A stretch of DNA of 64,000 nucleotides, taken from contig OZ220733.1 of NCBI GenBank assembly GCA_965116875.1, forward strand, positions 4,896,001 through 4,960,000. Direction: 5' to 3'. This document shows positions 49,139-59,369 of the stretch, piece by piece. Origin of the DNA: Candidatus Latescibacterota bacterium (lineage in GTDB: Bacteria; Latescibacterota; UBA2968; GCA-2709665). The position numbers were made by a program, and so were the translations under genes. The notes beneath the pieces are model-generated. The model had not been told where the DNA came from, did no database searches, and saw only the letters and a program-made list of their open reading frames with translations. Position 1 is the first letter of the stretch. Each line of letters opens with the position of its first letter.

Positions 49139-50518
49139 CTAACCGGCGCGGGCGAGGGCTTCTTTCATCATCGAATCTCTTTCTTCTGCATCCTTCCAGC
49201 GCTGCCGGATATCCGGCGCGAGACAGTCGATCGGATCAAAGTAGAAGAAATGCTCTCCCGGCCGCACGGTGGGACTTGCGAACACCGCGATTCCAGTCTC
49301 TTCGTCGTAATATTCGTAGGAATGCCCGTCACGTTTTCCGCCTCCACCCAATGTGTCCACAATGAACGTCGGCGTATTGAACCCGGCGGTCGCGCCCCGC
49401 AGCGTTTTCTCAATTTCGAGGCCGGCACCGAGCGTTGTGCGGAGATCCTCGACCCCCTGCACCAGATCGTGAAAAAACACGTAATACGGCTGAATATTCA
49501 GGTAACTCAGCCGTTTCACGAGAATCTGCATCGTGAGTGCGTCATCGTTCACACCGCGCTGAAGCACAGCCTGGTTCCGTACCGTAACCCCCCGCTCCAT
49601 CAGCAGTTCCATCGCATCCTGCGTCACGCCGGTTATTTCACCTGGATGGTTGAAGTGGGTATGCATGACCACTTCCTTGTGCATCCTGCGTCCCCGGTTC
49701 ACCACGTCCACGAGCGCATCCACCCATTCCCGGTCGCTCAGGATCTTCCCCGGCATGACCGCGGGGCCTTTGGTTGCAAAGCGAAACCGGCGAATATGCG
49801 GAATGTCCAGCAGGGTCTCGCCTACCTCCCGGATCTGCGCCGCTCTTAGATTGTATACGTCACCGCCGCTGACCACAATGTCTTCCACCTCGGGACGCGA
49901 CCTCAAATAGTCGAAAACCAGAGCCCAGCGTTTTCTGTTGGCGCTCAGACGGACTTTTTCGACGCCATCCGTATCGAGCCCCACGGCATAACTTCGGGTG
50001 CAGAAGCGGCAGTAGACCGGACAGGTGTCCAGCGTCAGAAAGAGCGCTCTGTCGGGATAGCGGTGGGTAAGCCCCGGCACCGGAGAATCGCCCTGTTCGT
50101 TCAACGAATCCAGGTAGAGTTCGGGGTGATCGGGAAGCTGCTGCGAGGCCAGTGGCAGGAACTGCGTACGCAGCGGGTCCCCGTACGGATCATCCCAGTC
50201 GATCAGGCTCAGGATATATGGCGATATCCGAATGCTCATCGGCGCCCTGAGCAACCCTTCGTTGAGATCCGCGTAAAATTCCGGCCCCACGAGCCCGCCA
50301 AGCACTTCCCGCAGACCCTGGATGCTGGTTGGTGAATTGCGCGCCTGAAAAAGATGCGAGTGGAATGTATCTGCGTCCACGTCCGCGTACGCCGGAATCG
50401 TCCTCCAGAACGCATCCCTGCGGAACCGGCGATGTGCGAATGCCGCCTCGGGATCGGCCACGTCTGTCATACCTGCGCTCGCGAAATCGACGCTTGCGGT
50501 TTCCATATCTGTTGCCAT
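49139..50518 (-). CDS. kamA: KamA-family radical SAM enzyme (lysine 2,3-aminomutase-like)
   Basis: GLTHRYPDR, CPVYCRFCTR, SGGD, HFNHP, NQAVLQRGVND, PLP lysine in GGGGK. Confidence 0.9.
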   Translation of the reverse strand: MATDMETASVDFASAGMTDVADPEAAFAHRRFRRDAFWRTIPAYADVDADTFHSHLFQARNSPTSIQGLREVLGGLVGPEFYADLNEGLLRAPMSIRISPYILSLIDWDDPYGDPLRTQFLPLASQQLPDHPELYLDSLNEQGDSPVPGLTHRYPDRALFLTLDTCPVYCRFCTRSYAVGLDTDGVEKVRLSANRKRWALVFDYLRSRPEVEDIVVSGGDVYNLRAAQIREVGETLLDIPHIRRFRFATKGPAVMPGKILSDREWVDALVDVVNRGRRMHKEVVMHTHFNHPGEITGVTQDAMELLMERGVTVRNQAVLQRGVNDDALTMQILVKRLSYLNIQPYYVFFHDLVQGVEDLRTTLGAGLEIEKTLRGATAGFNTPTFIVDTLGGGGKRDGHSYEYYDEETGIAVFASPTVRPGEHFFYFDPIDCLAPDIRQRWKDAEERDSMMKEALARAG

Positions 50519-50612
50519 CCCTGCAGGGGGGTGTTGGTTTTCCGCTTCCGTCCCGACGGATTGTCTTCTCCGGCGGCGTGCCGGACGAATCTGCGACCAT
50601 TCAAGGCAAGAT

Positions 50613-50640
50613 ATGATATCATCCTTGCGAAAATTGTCAA
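50613..50640 (-). promoter_or_regulatory. Putative sigma70 promoter for kamA
   Basis: TTGACA-16 nt-TATCAT on the minus strand in an AT-rich divergent spacer. Confidence 0.5.
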
Positions 50641-50758
50641 GGGTTTTCCAGCCTCGGCGGCGGTTTTCGGGAAAATCCGCTTGTTAGGGTTATTTATCCT
50701 GCATATATTCCATAAGTTAGAGAATGTTATCGCCTTAACGAAAACACAAAGCCGCACA

Positions 50759-53521
50759 ATGTCAAAACGAACGCACAAGTTTCTTCTCCTATTGGCCGGA
50801 TTGCTTCTTGGATACACGGGCCTTCGCCTGTGTGTGTACTTTTATACCGACTGGCTATGGTTTCAGAATCTGGGATACGGGTCCGTCCTCGTCACCACTG
50901 CCCTCGCCCGCCTTCTTTCATTTTTCGCCTTCGCAACCACGTTTGCCGTTATCGCTGTGGTCAACGTCGGCATTGCCCACAAATACGGCAGGCGTACCCG
51001 CGAGACGCCGCTTGAGGTCCTCGTTGCCGACGCAGAGCCGGTACTTCCGGAACGACGCAAGCGCCGGTTGATCCTCTGGACTGCCGCGATCGCCCTTTTG
51101 ACCGCGGCGACCGGCCTGATCGGCGCCGCCGCCTGGATGCCGCTGCTGCGCTATTTCTATCCGGTCCCGTTTGGGCTCGCCGACCCTGTCTTCGCCAACG
51201 ACCTCAGCTACTACTTCTTCAAGCTTCCCGCCTACAACTTTGTTCAGGGCTGGTTGGCCTTCGCCGTTATTCTCAATATCGTCCTCGTCAGTTTCTCCTA
51301 TCATCAGGACGGGGCGCTGCGCAAGGCAGAACGAGGCTGGTCGTCCACCCCGCACGTCCGCGCCCACCTTTCCGCGCTGACGGCGACTCTCGCGTTCATC
51401 TTTGCCTGGTGGTACTGGCTCAAGGAATACGAAATCCTCTATTCCTTTCGCAAAGATGCCTTCTTCGGCGCCGGGTATACCGATGTCCATGTACAGGTAT
51501 ACATCTACCGTCTGATGATGGTTCTCTCCATCCTTCTCGGCGCATTGCTGGTATACAACCTGCGCGGGAAGAAGTGGTGGCCTGTCGCCGGCGGCGGCAC
51601 AGCTTATGTCGCGGCTGTCCTGCTGCTCAGTTGGCTGTTCCCGATTCTCTTTGAACAGTTCGTGGTCAAGCCCGATGAGCTGAGACTCGAGGAACCCTAC
51701 ATTCGGAGGACCATAGAGCACACGCAGAGAGCGTATGGCCTGGACCGGATCGAAGAGGTCCCGTTTCCAGCGGATTCCGATCTGGATTTCGAGGATATCC
51801 GCAACAATCTGCCCACCATCCGCAGCATCCCTCTGTGGGACCGCCGGCCCATGATTGCAACCTACAGCCAGCTCCAGGAAATCCGGTCCTATTACCGTTT
51901 CGGAAGTATCGACGTGGACCGGTATTCAATCAATGGCAAATACCAGCAGGTGATGGTGGCCGCGCGGGAATTCTCGCGGGAGCAAATGGCGACGCAGGGC
52001 GAAACCTGGGTCAACCGCCACCTGGTCTACACCCACGGCTACGGCTTCTGCATGAGTCCGGCGAATGAAATCGGCGAAGAGGGTCTTCCGGAATTCTATG
52101 TCAAAGACATTCCGCCCGTCGCGTCGGTGGACATCCGGGTGGAGCGCCCTGAGATCTATTATGGCGAAGCCATGCAGGACTATGTGATTGTGAACACCCG
52201 GACGGAGGAATTCGACTACCCTCGCGGCGACGATAACGCCTACACCACCTACAGCGGCACTGGCGGGGTGCCCGTCAATTCGTTCGTTCGCCGGCTGCTT
52301 TTCGCCCTTCGCTTCGCCGATCCCTACCTGCTGGTTACGCAGAACCTGAAGCCCGAGAGCCGGATTCAATTCGACCGGCACATCGGCCGCAGGTTCAGGG
52401 ACGAAGGACCCAGGCGGTTTCAGAAACTGGCGCCGTATCTCCGTTTCGACGAAGACCCCTATCTCGTCACGGTGAACGGACGGCTTGTCTGGATACAGGA
52501 CGCCTATACCGAAAGCAACATGTATCCCTACGCGGAACCCTACGGCCGGCCGTACGTACGTGAAGCCAATTACATCCGTAACGCCGTCAAGGCCACGCTC
52601 GATGCCTATGACGGGACGGTCACGTTCTACGTTTGGGACCCGGACGATCCGCTCGTACGGTCCTACATGGAAATCTTCCCGGATCTCTTTCGTCCCAAGG
52701 AGGACATGCCGGAGGCCCTGCGCGCCCACGTCCGCTACCCGGCAGACCTGTTCAAGATCCAGTCTTCTCTTTACAACACGTACCACATGGCCTCACCCCA
52801 GGTATTCTACAACCGCGAGGACGTCTGGGAAGCAGCCACGGAAATCTATGGGGTTTCGGAACGCCCGCGGGTTATGGCGCCATATTACATCATCGTCAAA
52901 CTGCCGGACGCGGACCGGGAGGAATTCGTCTTGATGCTTCCGGCCACACCCGCCGGAAAAGCCAACATGATCGCGTGGCTTCTTGCCAGATGCGACGGTC
53001 CCAACTACGGCCGGCTCATGGTGTACAAGCTTCCAAAGAAGAAACTCGTTTACGGTCCGATGTTGATCGAACGCCGTATCGATCAGGATACCGATGTCTC
53101 CCGGGAAATCACACTCTGGAGCCAGCGGGGTTCAGACGTGCTGCGCGGCAACCTGCTTGTCGTGCCCATAGAAGACAGCTTCATCTACGTTGAACCCCTT
53201 TACCTGAGAGCCACCCAGAGCGGCATGCCCGAACTGAAGCGGGTCCTCGTGGCGCACGGCGATCGGCTCGCGATGGCCGAAGACCTTGAACGGGCGCTGA
53301 ACCTGGCTCTCGAAGCGCATGGAACCGATCCGGATCTGCGGCACCGCCCGCTGTCTGCTTCGACGGGTATTCGAATACTCAGCCAGACCGCGCTCACGCA
53401 GTTCGACACGGCGCAGTCACGGCTTCGAACGGGTGACTTCGCGGGGTACGGAGAAGCCGTTGAAAGCCTTCGCAAGACCCTGCAACAACTGCGCAGCGAG
53501 GCAGAGGAAGAGGATAAATAG
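50759..53521 (+). CDS. UPF0182 family membrane protein
   Basis: YTDWLWFQNLGY, DPVFANDLSYY, GAGYTD, QLQEIRSYY, DVDRY, YTHGYG, NYIRNAVKA, GNLLVVP, YVEPLYL. Confidence 0.93.
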   Translation: MSKRTHKFLLLLAGLLLGYTGLRLCVYFYTDWLWFQNLGYGSVLVTTALARLLSFFAFATTFAVIAVVNVGIAHKYGRRTRETPLEVLVADAEPVLPERRKRRLILWTAAIALLTAATGLIGAAAWMPLLRYFYPVPFGLADPVFANDLSYYFFKLPAYNFVQGWLAFAVILNIVLVSFSYHQDGALRKAERGWSSTPHVRAHLSALTATLAFIFAWWYWLKEYEILYSFRKDAFFGAGYTDVHVQVYIYRLMMVLSILLGALLVYNLRGKKWWPVAGGGTAYVAAVLLLSWLFPILFEQFVVKPDELRLEEPYIRRTIEHTQRAYGLDRIEEVPFPADSDLDFEDIRNNLPTIRSIPLWDRRPMIATYSQLQEIRSYYRFGSIDVDRYSINGKYQQVMVAAREFSREQMATQGETWVNRHLVYTHGYGFCMSPANEIGEEGLPEFYVKDIPPVASVDIRVERPEIYYGEAMQDYVIVNTRTEEFDYPRGDDNAYTTYSGTGGVPVNSFVRRLLFALRFADPYLLVTQNLKPESRIQFDRHIGRRFRDEGPRRFQKLAPYLRFDEDPYLVTVNGRLVWIQDAYTESNMYPYAEPYGRPYVREANYIRNAVKATLDAYDGTVTFYVWDPDDPLVRSYMEIFPDLFRPKEDMPEALRAHVRYPADLFKIQSSLYNTYHMASPQVFYNREDVWEAATEIYGVSERPRVMAPYYIIVKLPDADREEFVLMLPATPAGKANMIAWLLARCDGPNYGRLMVYKLPKKKLVYGPMLIERRIDQDTDVSREITLWSQRGSDVLRGNLLVVPIEDSFIYVEPLYLRATQSGMPELKRVLVAHGDRLAMAEDLERALNLALEAHGTDPDLRHRPLSASTGIRILSQTALTQFDTAQSRLRTGDFAGYGEAVESLRKTLQQLRSEAEEEDK

Positions 53522-53525
53522 GACG

Positions 53526-54440
53526 ATGTCCGATGCGAACCCGTCAAAATGGGCGCCTCTGCCAACCGAACAACGGAATCCGGCCAGCGCGCAAATCGAC
53601 GAGGCTTCGACGCTGCGGATTCTCGAAATCCTCAATGAAGAAGACAACAAGGTCCCGCGGGCGGTGAACGCCATACTTCCACGGGTCGCGGAGGCGGTGG
53701 AACTGGTGGTCGCGGCGATAGGGAACGGCGGCCGGCTCTTCTATGTCGGCGCCGGTACCAGCGGCCGGCTAGGAGTACTGGACGCCGCTGAGTGCCCGCC
53801 TACGTTCGGAACCGCGCCCGGGACGATTCAGGGGATTATCGCGGGCGGCGCCGACGCGCTTCTCCAGGCGGCGGAACGCGCCGAGGACCGGCCGGAAGAC
53901 GGTGCGTCTGAACTTCGGCGCCGGGATCTTTCGGAGCGTGACGTCGTGATGGGCATTGCGGCCAGCGGCGTCACGCCGTTTGTGCTGGGCGCGCTTGAAT
54001 ACGCGCTTCGCGCGGGCGCGGAGACCGTTTTCTTCACGTGCAATCCGGAAGCGGCTGGACAGGTGGACGCAACTGTCAAGATCGTGCCGGAAGTCGGCCC
54101 TGAAGCCATCACCGGTTCCACGCGCCTGAAGGCCGGCACCGCGACCAAAATCGTACTGAATATGATTACGACGGCAGCCATGGTCAGGCTGGGCAAGGTC
54201 TACGGCAATCTGATGGTTGACCTGACACCCACCTGCGCGAAGCTGAACGACCGTGCCCGGCGGATTCTGATGGAAACGACGGGGCTTTCCCGCGAAGAAA
54301 GCCGGCGGTTGCTCGCTGTGGCCGGCGATCTCAAGACGGCAATCGTGATGCAAAAACGGGCCGTCTCGAAGGAGAGGGCCCGTCAGCTGCTCGTGGAGAC
54401 CGGCGGTGTCGTAAGGTTGGCTCTGACGAACAGAACCTGA
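53526..54440 (+). CDS. murQ: N-acetylmuramic acid 6-phosphate etherase
   Basis: TEQRNP, GAGTSGRLGVLDAAECPPTF, GIAASG, GPEAITGSTRLKAGTATK, GKVYGNLMVD. Confidence 0.96.
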   Translation: MSDANPSKWAPLPTEQRNPASAQIDEASTLRILEILNEEDNKVPRAVNAILPRVAEAVELVVAAIGNGGRLFYVGAGTSGRLGVLDAAECPPTFGTAPGTIQGIIAGGADALLQAAERAEDRPEDGASELRRRDLSERDVVMGIAASGVTPFVLGALEYALRAGAETVFFTCNPEAAGQVDATVKIVPEVGPEAITGSTRLKAGTATKIVLNMITTAAMVRLGKVYGNLMVDLTPTCAKLNDRARRILMETTGLSREESRRLLAVAGDLKTAIVMQKRAVSKERARQLLVETGGVVRLALTNRT

Positions 54441-54442
54441 CG

Positions 54443-55990
54443 TTATTTCGAGCGGACAGACTTTTCTCCTATGGTACCGTAGAACGCTTTTACCATCCGA
54501 TCCAGATGCACTTTCGCATGTTCCGCCGCGTCTTTGTCGATCGTGTACTCGGACTTGCCCACCAGCTTCAGACCGTGACCGTAATCGTCGAATAAAGTCT
54601 GGCACAGCGCTTCGGTCGACACGCCGTCACGGGCCGCGGTATCGGCCAAAACCGTCTTTGCCGCGTCTGAAAACGTCAGGACAATTCCGTATGCATCCAG
54701 AAAACGCCTCGCATAGGACGAGATGTCCCGGTGGACAAGCAACTGCTGCAACTGAAGCGATGGTTCTTCCACAACATCGGCCGTAACCGTAAACGAACGG
54801 ATATCGGTGGACGGAAGCGCCTTCTCGAATTTCAGCAGCGCCCGTTCACAGACGCTGACCAACGCTCGCGCGCCCGTTTGTTCAGTGGATGCCTGCTCCG
54901 CAAGCCGGCGCAATGCCGCGTCCTCGAAGTTCAATTGGATGCCGTAGGCCAGGAAGTCCCTCTTTTTTCCAAGAATGACCGAACTGGTGGGACTCCTCAG
55001 AATCTGATACAAGTCATCGACGGAAAGCGGTTCGAGAACGGCCACGACCGGCAGGCGCCCCACAAATTCCGACTCGAAACCGAACGCGATGAGGTCTTCC
55101 GTAATCGCCTGCTTCAGGTAGGAGACGCGGTCCGCTTCAAGGTTGTGCGACCGCTCAGTTTCGGCCTTGAAACCCAGACTGTTCCGATTGAGACGTGTTT
55201 TGATCAGGTCCTCGAACCCGTTGAACGCGCCGCTAACGATGAAGAGGATGTTTCGCGTGTTAATTTTCTTGCGCTCCATCTTGCCACTTTGTTGATACTG
55301 CATCATGGATTCCATCTGTGATGCCAGATCGTGCGGCGCCTTGAGGTCCACCTCGGTTTCTTCCATCAGCTTGAGCAGGTTGCGCTGGACACCGCTTCGA
55401 GAAACGTCCGGACCCACCAGGTTGGGCGTTGAAGCGATCTTGTCGATTTCATCCACGTAGATAATGCCGTATTGGGCCCTTTCAATGCTGCCGCCGGCCT
55501 CGCGAACCAGTTCGCGCACCAGATCTTCGACGTCGCCGCCGACATATCCTGTTTCACTGAACTTCGTCGCATCGCCCTTGACAAAGGGAACACCGATTCG
55601 ATGAGCGATCAATTTTATCAGATAGGTCTTTCCCACTCCAGTCGGTCCAATCAGCAGAATGTTGTTCTTGATGTTTCCCACGGAACGATGTTCGAATTCC
55701 GGATCTTCGCGATCCAGCTTCATCCGGTTGAAGTGGGTGCAGATCTTGGTGGCGAGCACTTCCTTCGCCTCATCCTGTTTGATCACGTACTCATCGAGAA
55801 AGGCCTCCAGCTCTTCCGGTTTCAGGTCAAAATCAATCGAGTCATCCTGCGTTTCCTCCGTACGTGGTCCTTCATTGCTCCCTTCGGCCTCCGCCTGAGG
55901 AAACACGACCTGGGCGCCGTACTTCTGCTCGATGAGTTCTTTCAGATCTTTCTGCAGTTCCTTGGGGTTTACGGGTCTTTGTTCAGGCAT
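54443..55990 (-). CDS. ClpX-like AAA+ ATPase lacking the N-terminal zinc-binding domain
   Basis: NILLIGPTGVGKT, DATKFSETGYVG, IIYVDEIDKI, GVQRNLLK, LGF loop, EFVGRLP, TGARAL; AGAGG RBS. Confidence 0.88.
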   Translation of the reverse strand: MPEQRPVNPKELQKDLKELIEQKYGAQVVFPQAEAEGSNEGPRTEETQDDSIDFDLKPEELEAFLDEYVIKQDEAKEVLATKICTHFNRMKLDREDPEFEHRSVGNIKNNILLIGPTGVGKTYLIKLIAHRIGVPFVKGDATKFSETGYVGGDVEDLVRELVREAGGSIERAQYGIIYVDEIDKIASTPNLVGPDVSRSGVQRNLLKLMEETEVDLKAPHDLASQMESMMQYQQSGKMERKKINTRNILFIVSGAFNGFEDLIKTRLNRNSLGFKAETERSHNLEADRVSYLKQAITEDLIAFGFESEFVGRLPVVAVLEPLSVDDLYQILRSPTSSVILGKKRDFLAYGIQLNFEDAALRRLAEQASTEQTGARALVSVCERALLKFEKALPSTDIRSFTVTADVVEEPSLQLQQLLVHRDISSYARRFLDAYGIVLTFSDAAKTVLADTAARDGVSTEALCQTLFDDYGHGLKLVGKSEYTIDKDAAEHAKVHLDRMVKAFYGTIGEKSVRSK

Positions 55991-56053
55991 CGTCGTTCCT
56001 CTCCGGATTCTGGCGGTCAAATCGGTGCCGGATACTCGGATCCGGGGCCTCTA

Positions 56054-56082
56054 AGGATACCAGGTCCCGTCAGAATTGTCAA
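56054..56082 (-). promoter_or_regulatory. Putative sigma70 promoter for the ClpX-like gene
   Basis: TTGACA-17 nt-TATCCT on the minus strand. Confidence 0.65.
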
Positions 56083-56223
56083 GAGATGCGGCCCTTTTCC
56101 GTCCCTCTTCCAAATCCGGATCCGGGAAGGCGGGTGGTTTTGGAGTACGCCACGTCGGGACAACTCAATCCGCAACCATGCCTTCGGATCATTCCCCAAC
56201 TATCGGATGCGAAGAGTACTCCC

Positions 56224-57951
56224 ATGAACCTCAGCTACTTCACACTGAGACGCCTCTGCCAGGAACTGAACGAGATTCTGCAGGGAAAACGCGTCCGGCG
56301 CGCTGCCATGGCGGGAACGTATGAACTTGCTGTCGAAACAACCGACGGGTTACACCTGCTGCTTTCCGCTTCGCCGGAAGCAGGCCGCCTGCAGCAAATC
56401 CATCGGCCGCCCTCGGCCGTCCGCCCGCCTCCGCCCTGGGCTGAACACCACCTTTGCGACAGCGTAATCCTGGGGATCTCACAAATCCCGCTGGAACGTA
56501 TCCTTTCATTCGACCTGCGCAAACGCGACCGGCTGGGTGGAGAACGCCGCTATCGTATGTACGTGGAACTGATCCACCGGTACAGTAACGTGATCCTGAC
56601 ATCGGAACCGGACCGGCGGATCCTTGGGGTGCTGCGCCGGGTGGGAGGAAAAATGAAAAGCCGGCGGCGTCTTCTTCCGGGCGGGACGTATCGTCCCCCG
56701 CCCGCACAGGACAGGATTCCACCCCATGAACTCGCGCCGGCCAATCTCGCCGATGCGTTCCGGCAGCGGCCGGATCAGCCGGCACGTGCCCTCGCCGGTG
56801 TCGTTGCAGGTCTTGACGTGCTGACCGCCGAATCGCTGGTCACCGAGACAGGCGTGAAACCGGGCGCGGAACCGGGGCCCGATACCATCCGGAATCTGGT
56901 CAGCCGTATTCATTCTGTATTTGCCCACCCACCCTTTATGGATCGTCCCGAGACACTGTGCATTCCCGACAGTCCCCCGTGTATCCGGGTATTGAATCTG
57001 CGGCGCGGGCCCGGTGACGTGGAGCACGTCTGCGAATCCGTCAGCGATGCGATTGGGCGCGTCGCCAGAGTGAATGAGAACCGGGCATACCAGAACTCGG
57101 ACCGGCGCGAGATCGAGAATGTACTCAACCGTAGCCGTGCATCGCTGGAGACCAGAATCACAAGGATCCAGTCCGATCTTGACGACTCCAGGAATTCCGA
57201 ACGCTACAGAAGGTACGGGCACATTCTCATGGCAGGGCTTCACAGGGTCCATCCTGGCAGTACTTCCGTCACGCTTCCGGACGTATACAATCCTTCCGGG
57301 CCGCCGGTGACGATCCCGCTCAGAGCCAACAAGCTCCCGCATGAGAACGCCGCCGCTTACCTGAAGCGAAGCCGAAAGGTCGAGAAGGCGCGGCCCATCC
57401 TTACGCGACGCCGGGAGGCGACACGAACGGAACTGGCGGGGGTGGAAGCGCTTCTGAAGCGGATCAGGAAAGCCGAGAACCCCGATGAAGTTGCGAAGAT
57501 TCGAAACGAACTGGCAGCGACGGGACGGCTCGCAAACCGCACGCGGAAAAAGACCACCGGCAGAAACTCTCCCGGGGAAACGCATCCCAGACGGTACCGG
57601 ACCACGGACGGCTGGTCCGTTCTGGTGGGCCGGAACAACACTGAGAACGACCGCCTCACGAAGGGATCGGCCAGGGACGATCTCTTTTTTCACGCACAGG
57701 GATGTCCCGGTTCACACGTCATTCTCAAGCGCGAGGGAAAACGCCAGAAACCCTCCGAAACCGCGATGAAGGAAGCCGCGAGCCTGGCGGCCTACTGGAG
57801 CAAAGCCAGGCATTCCAGGACCGTGCCGGTCAACTGCACCGAGGTCCGGTACGTGCAAAAGCCCCGGGGCGCCGCCCCGGGACTCGTCAATATCCGAAAT
57901 GAAGTCACGCTCTTTGTCGCCCCCCGTCAACTCAGGAGGGCCGAAGCGTAG
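56224..57951 (+). CDS. rqcH: Rqc2/RqcH homolog (NFACT family, ribosome quality control)
   Basis: QIPLERIL, ELIHRYSNVIL, RRLLPGGTYRPPP, ENAAAY, VGRNNTENDRLT, DLFFHAQGCPGSHVIL, AASLAAYWSKAR. Confidence 0.9.
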   Translation: MNLSYFTLRRLCQELNEILQGKRVRRAAMAGTYELAVETTDGLHLLLSASPEAGRLQQIHRPPSAVRPPPPWAEHHLCDSVILGISQIPLERILSFDLRKRDRLGGERRYRMYVELIHRYSNVILTSEPDRRILGVLRRVGGKMKSRRRLLPGGTYRPPPAQDRIPPHELAPANLADAFRQRPDQPARALAGVVAGLDVLTAESLVTETGVKPGAEPGPDTIRNLVSRIHSVFAHPPFMDRPETLCIPDSPPCIRVLNLRRGPGDVEHVCESVSDAIGRVARVNENRAYQNSDRREIENVLNRSRASLETRITRIQSDLDDSRNSERYRRYGHILMAGLHRVHPGSTSVTLPDVYNPSGPPVTIPLRANKLPHENAAAYLKRSRKVEKARPILTRRREATRTELAGVEALLKRIRKAENPDEVAKIRNELAATGRLANRTRKKTTGRNSPGETHPRRYRTTDGWSVLVGRNNTENDRLTKGSARDDLFFHAQGCPGSHVILKREGKRQKPSETAMKEAASLAAYWSKARHSRTVPVNCTEVRYVQKPRGAAPGLVNIRNEVTLFVAPRQLRRAEA

Positions 57952-58040
57952 CAGTCCGTTGATCAAGTCGCTCTGCAACCCGGATGTGCCCTTTCAACGG
58001 GCTGTACGTCAGGGCCGCGGGAAGCGGCCCGGCACGGTCG

Positions 58041-58811
58041 CTACCAGATCTTCGAATAATACACCAATCGCACCTGTCGATCGATGTTTGTCGACCGCTT
58101 GCCGTCACGAAACAGGTTCTTGACGTCCACTTCGAGATTCAGCCGCTCGGAAGGCATCCACCGTCCGCCCAGATTCAACCTCCCTCTACCCGAGCCCAGC
58201 GAGTTGTCTTCGTTGTCGTTAATCGCAAAGTCATATTCTACCAACATTGCAAAAATCCGCTTGAACTCTACATCGGCGCCCATGAAACCCGAAAGATCCC
58301 CATCCCCGTCACCATCTTCAAGGCTGCGATTCAATCCGGCGTGCAAACCCATGTCCCCCAGCGGAAATCCATAGTTCTTGCTCGCCACCGCGTAGAGACC
58401 CTTGGACTTGACCGCATATCGGCTCAAACTCTCGTCGTATTCCCCGTACCCCTGGGAGTGATAACCCAGGGCGACCGCCGGGACCTTCAACTCCTCCTCG
58501 ATCACCCGGACACGGCCCGCGACTTCCACGCGCGGATTCCAGGCCGCCTCACGACTGCCCACAATATGCTGTCCGCCGAACGAAATCCCTATGCTCATCC
58601 TGTTGTGAACGCCGACTTCGATTTGAGAGAGAATACCGCTGTCGCCGTACAATCGCAGATCCACGGCCAGACGGCCGGAAGGCAGCATGCCGGCCGTCGG
58701 TCCATCGACCAGCCATCGCGGCACGTTGCCCTGGGCATGCGCTGAACGGGAGTAACCCGAGCAGACCGCAAGCAACAGCAAAATCCGGCATACATGCCGT
58801 GTCATGTGCAT
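58041..58811 (-). CDS. Exported protein, probable outer-membrane beta-barrel (YjbH-like)
   Basis: Signal peptide ending SAHA|Q; LVDGPTAGML, PAVALGY, YAVASKN, alternating beta strands. Confidence 0.65.
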   Translation of the reverse strand: MHMTRHVCRILLLLAVCSGYSRSAHAQGNVPRWLVDGPTAGMLPSGRLAVDLRLYGDSGILSQIEVGVHNRMSIGISFGGQHIVGSREAAWNPRVEVAGRVRVIEEELKVPAVALGYHSQGYGEYDESLSRYAVKSKGLYAVASKNYGFPLGDMGLHAGLNRSLEDGDGDGDLSGFMGADVEFKRIFAMLVEYDFAINDNEDNSLGSGRGRLNLGGRWMPSERLNLEVDVKNLFRDGKRSTNIDRQVRLVYYSKIW

Positions 58812-59257
58812 TCTCCGTTGTCGAGCAGGATTCTGCGTGAACCCGATTCCATCAGTTCAATCCGGATCTGCACGGTTCGTTCAGGCAGAAGCGATCCCGC
58901 GCGTTCCGCCCATTCGATCAGGCAGATGCCGTTACCGGCAAGATAATCGTCCCAGCCCAGGTCAAGGAGAGCGTCTGCATCCGGGAGCCTGTACAGGTCG
59001 AAGTGGTAGATTGTTATCGGACGGGACGCGGCGTCACGGCCACGGTACTCGTTCACCAGGATGAACGTGGGACTGGTGACGCGGTCCGGAACATTGAACC
59101 CTTCACAGATGCCCTGCGCCAGACAGGTCTTGCCGCTGCCGAGTTCCCCGATCATCCCTACGCAATCGCCCGGCCGCAGACGAGCGGACAGCTCCCTGCC
59201 GAACGCTCGAGTCTGATCAGGGGACGTCGTGCTGATTTCAGCCCTTGAGGTCTGCAT
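58802..59257 (-). CDS. tsaE: tRNA t6A37 biosynthesis ATPase
   Basis: GELGSGKT, VTSPTFILVNEY, YHFDLYRL, LIEWAE. Confidence 0.96.
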   Translation of the reverse strand: MQTSRAEISTTSPDQTRAFGRELSARLRPGDCVGMIGELGSGKTCLAQGICEGFNVPDRVTSPTFILVNEYRGRDAASRPITIYHFDLYRLPDADALLDLGWDDYLAGNGICLIEWAERAGSLLPERTVQIRIELMESGSRRILLDNGECT

Positions 59258-59369
59258 CGGGACTCGCTACGAGGGCGGGTTCGGGCGTCGCCAAACGTCG
59301 GCGAGACATAGGGACCCGGGATACCCGTCGCCCCCCGACCGGCAGGTATCTCGAGGATTACGCCTCGGT

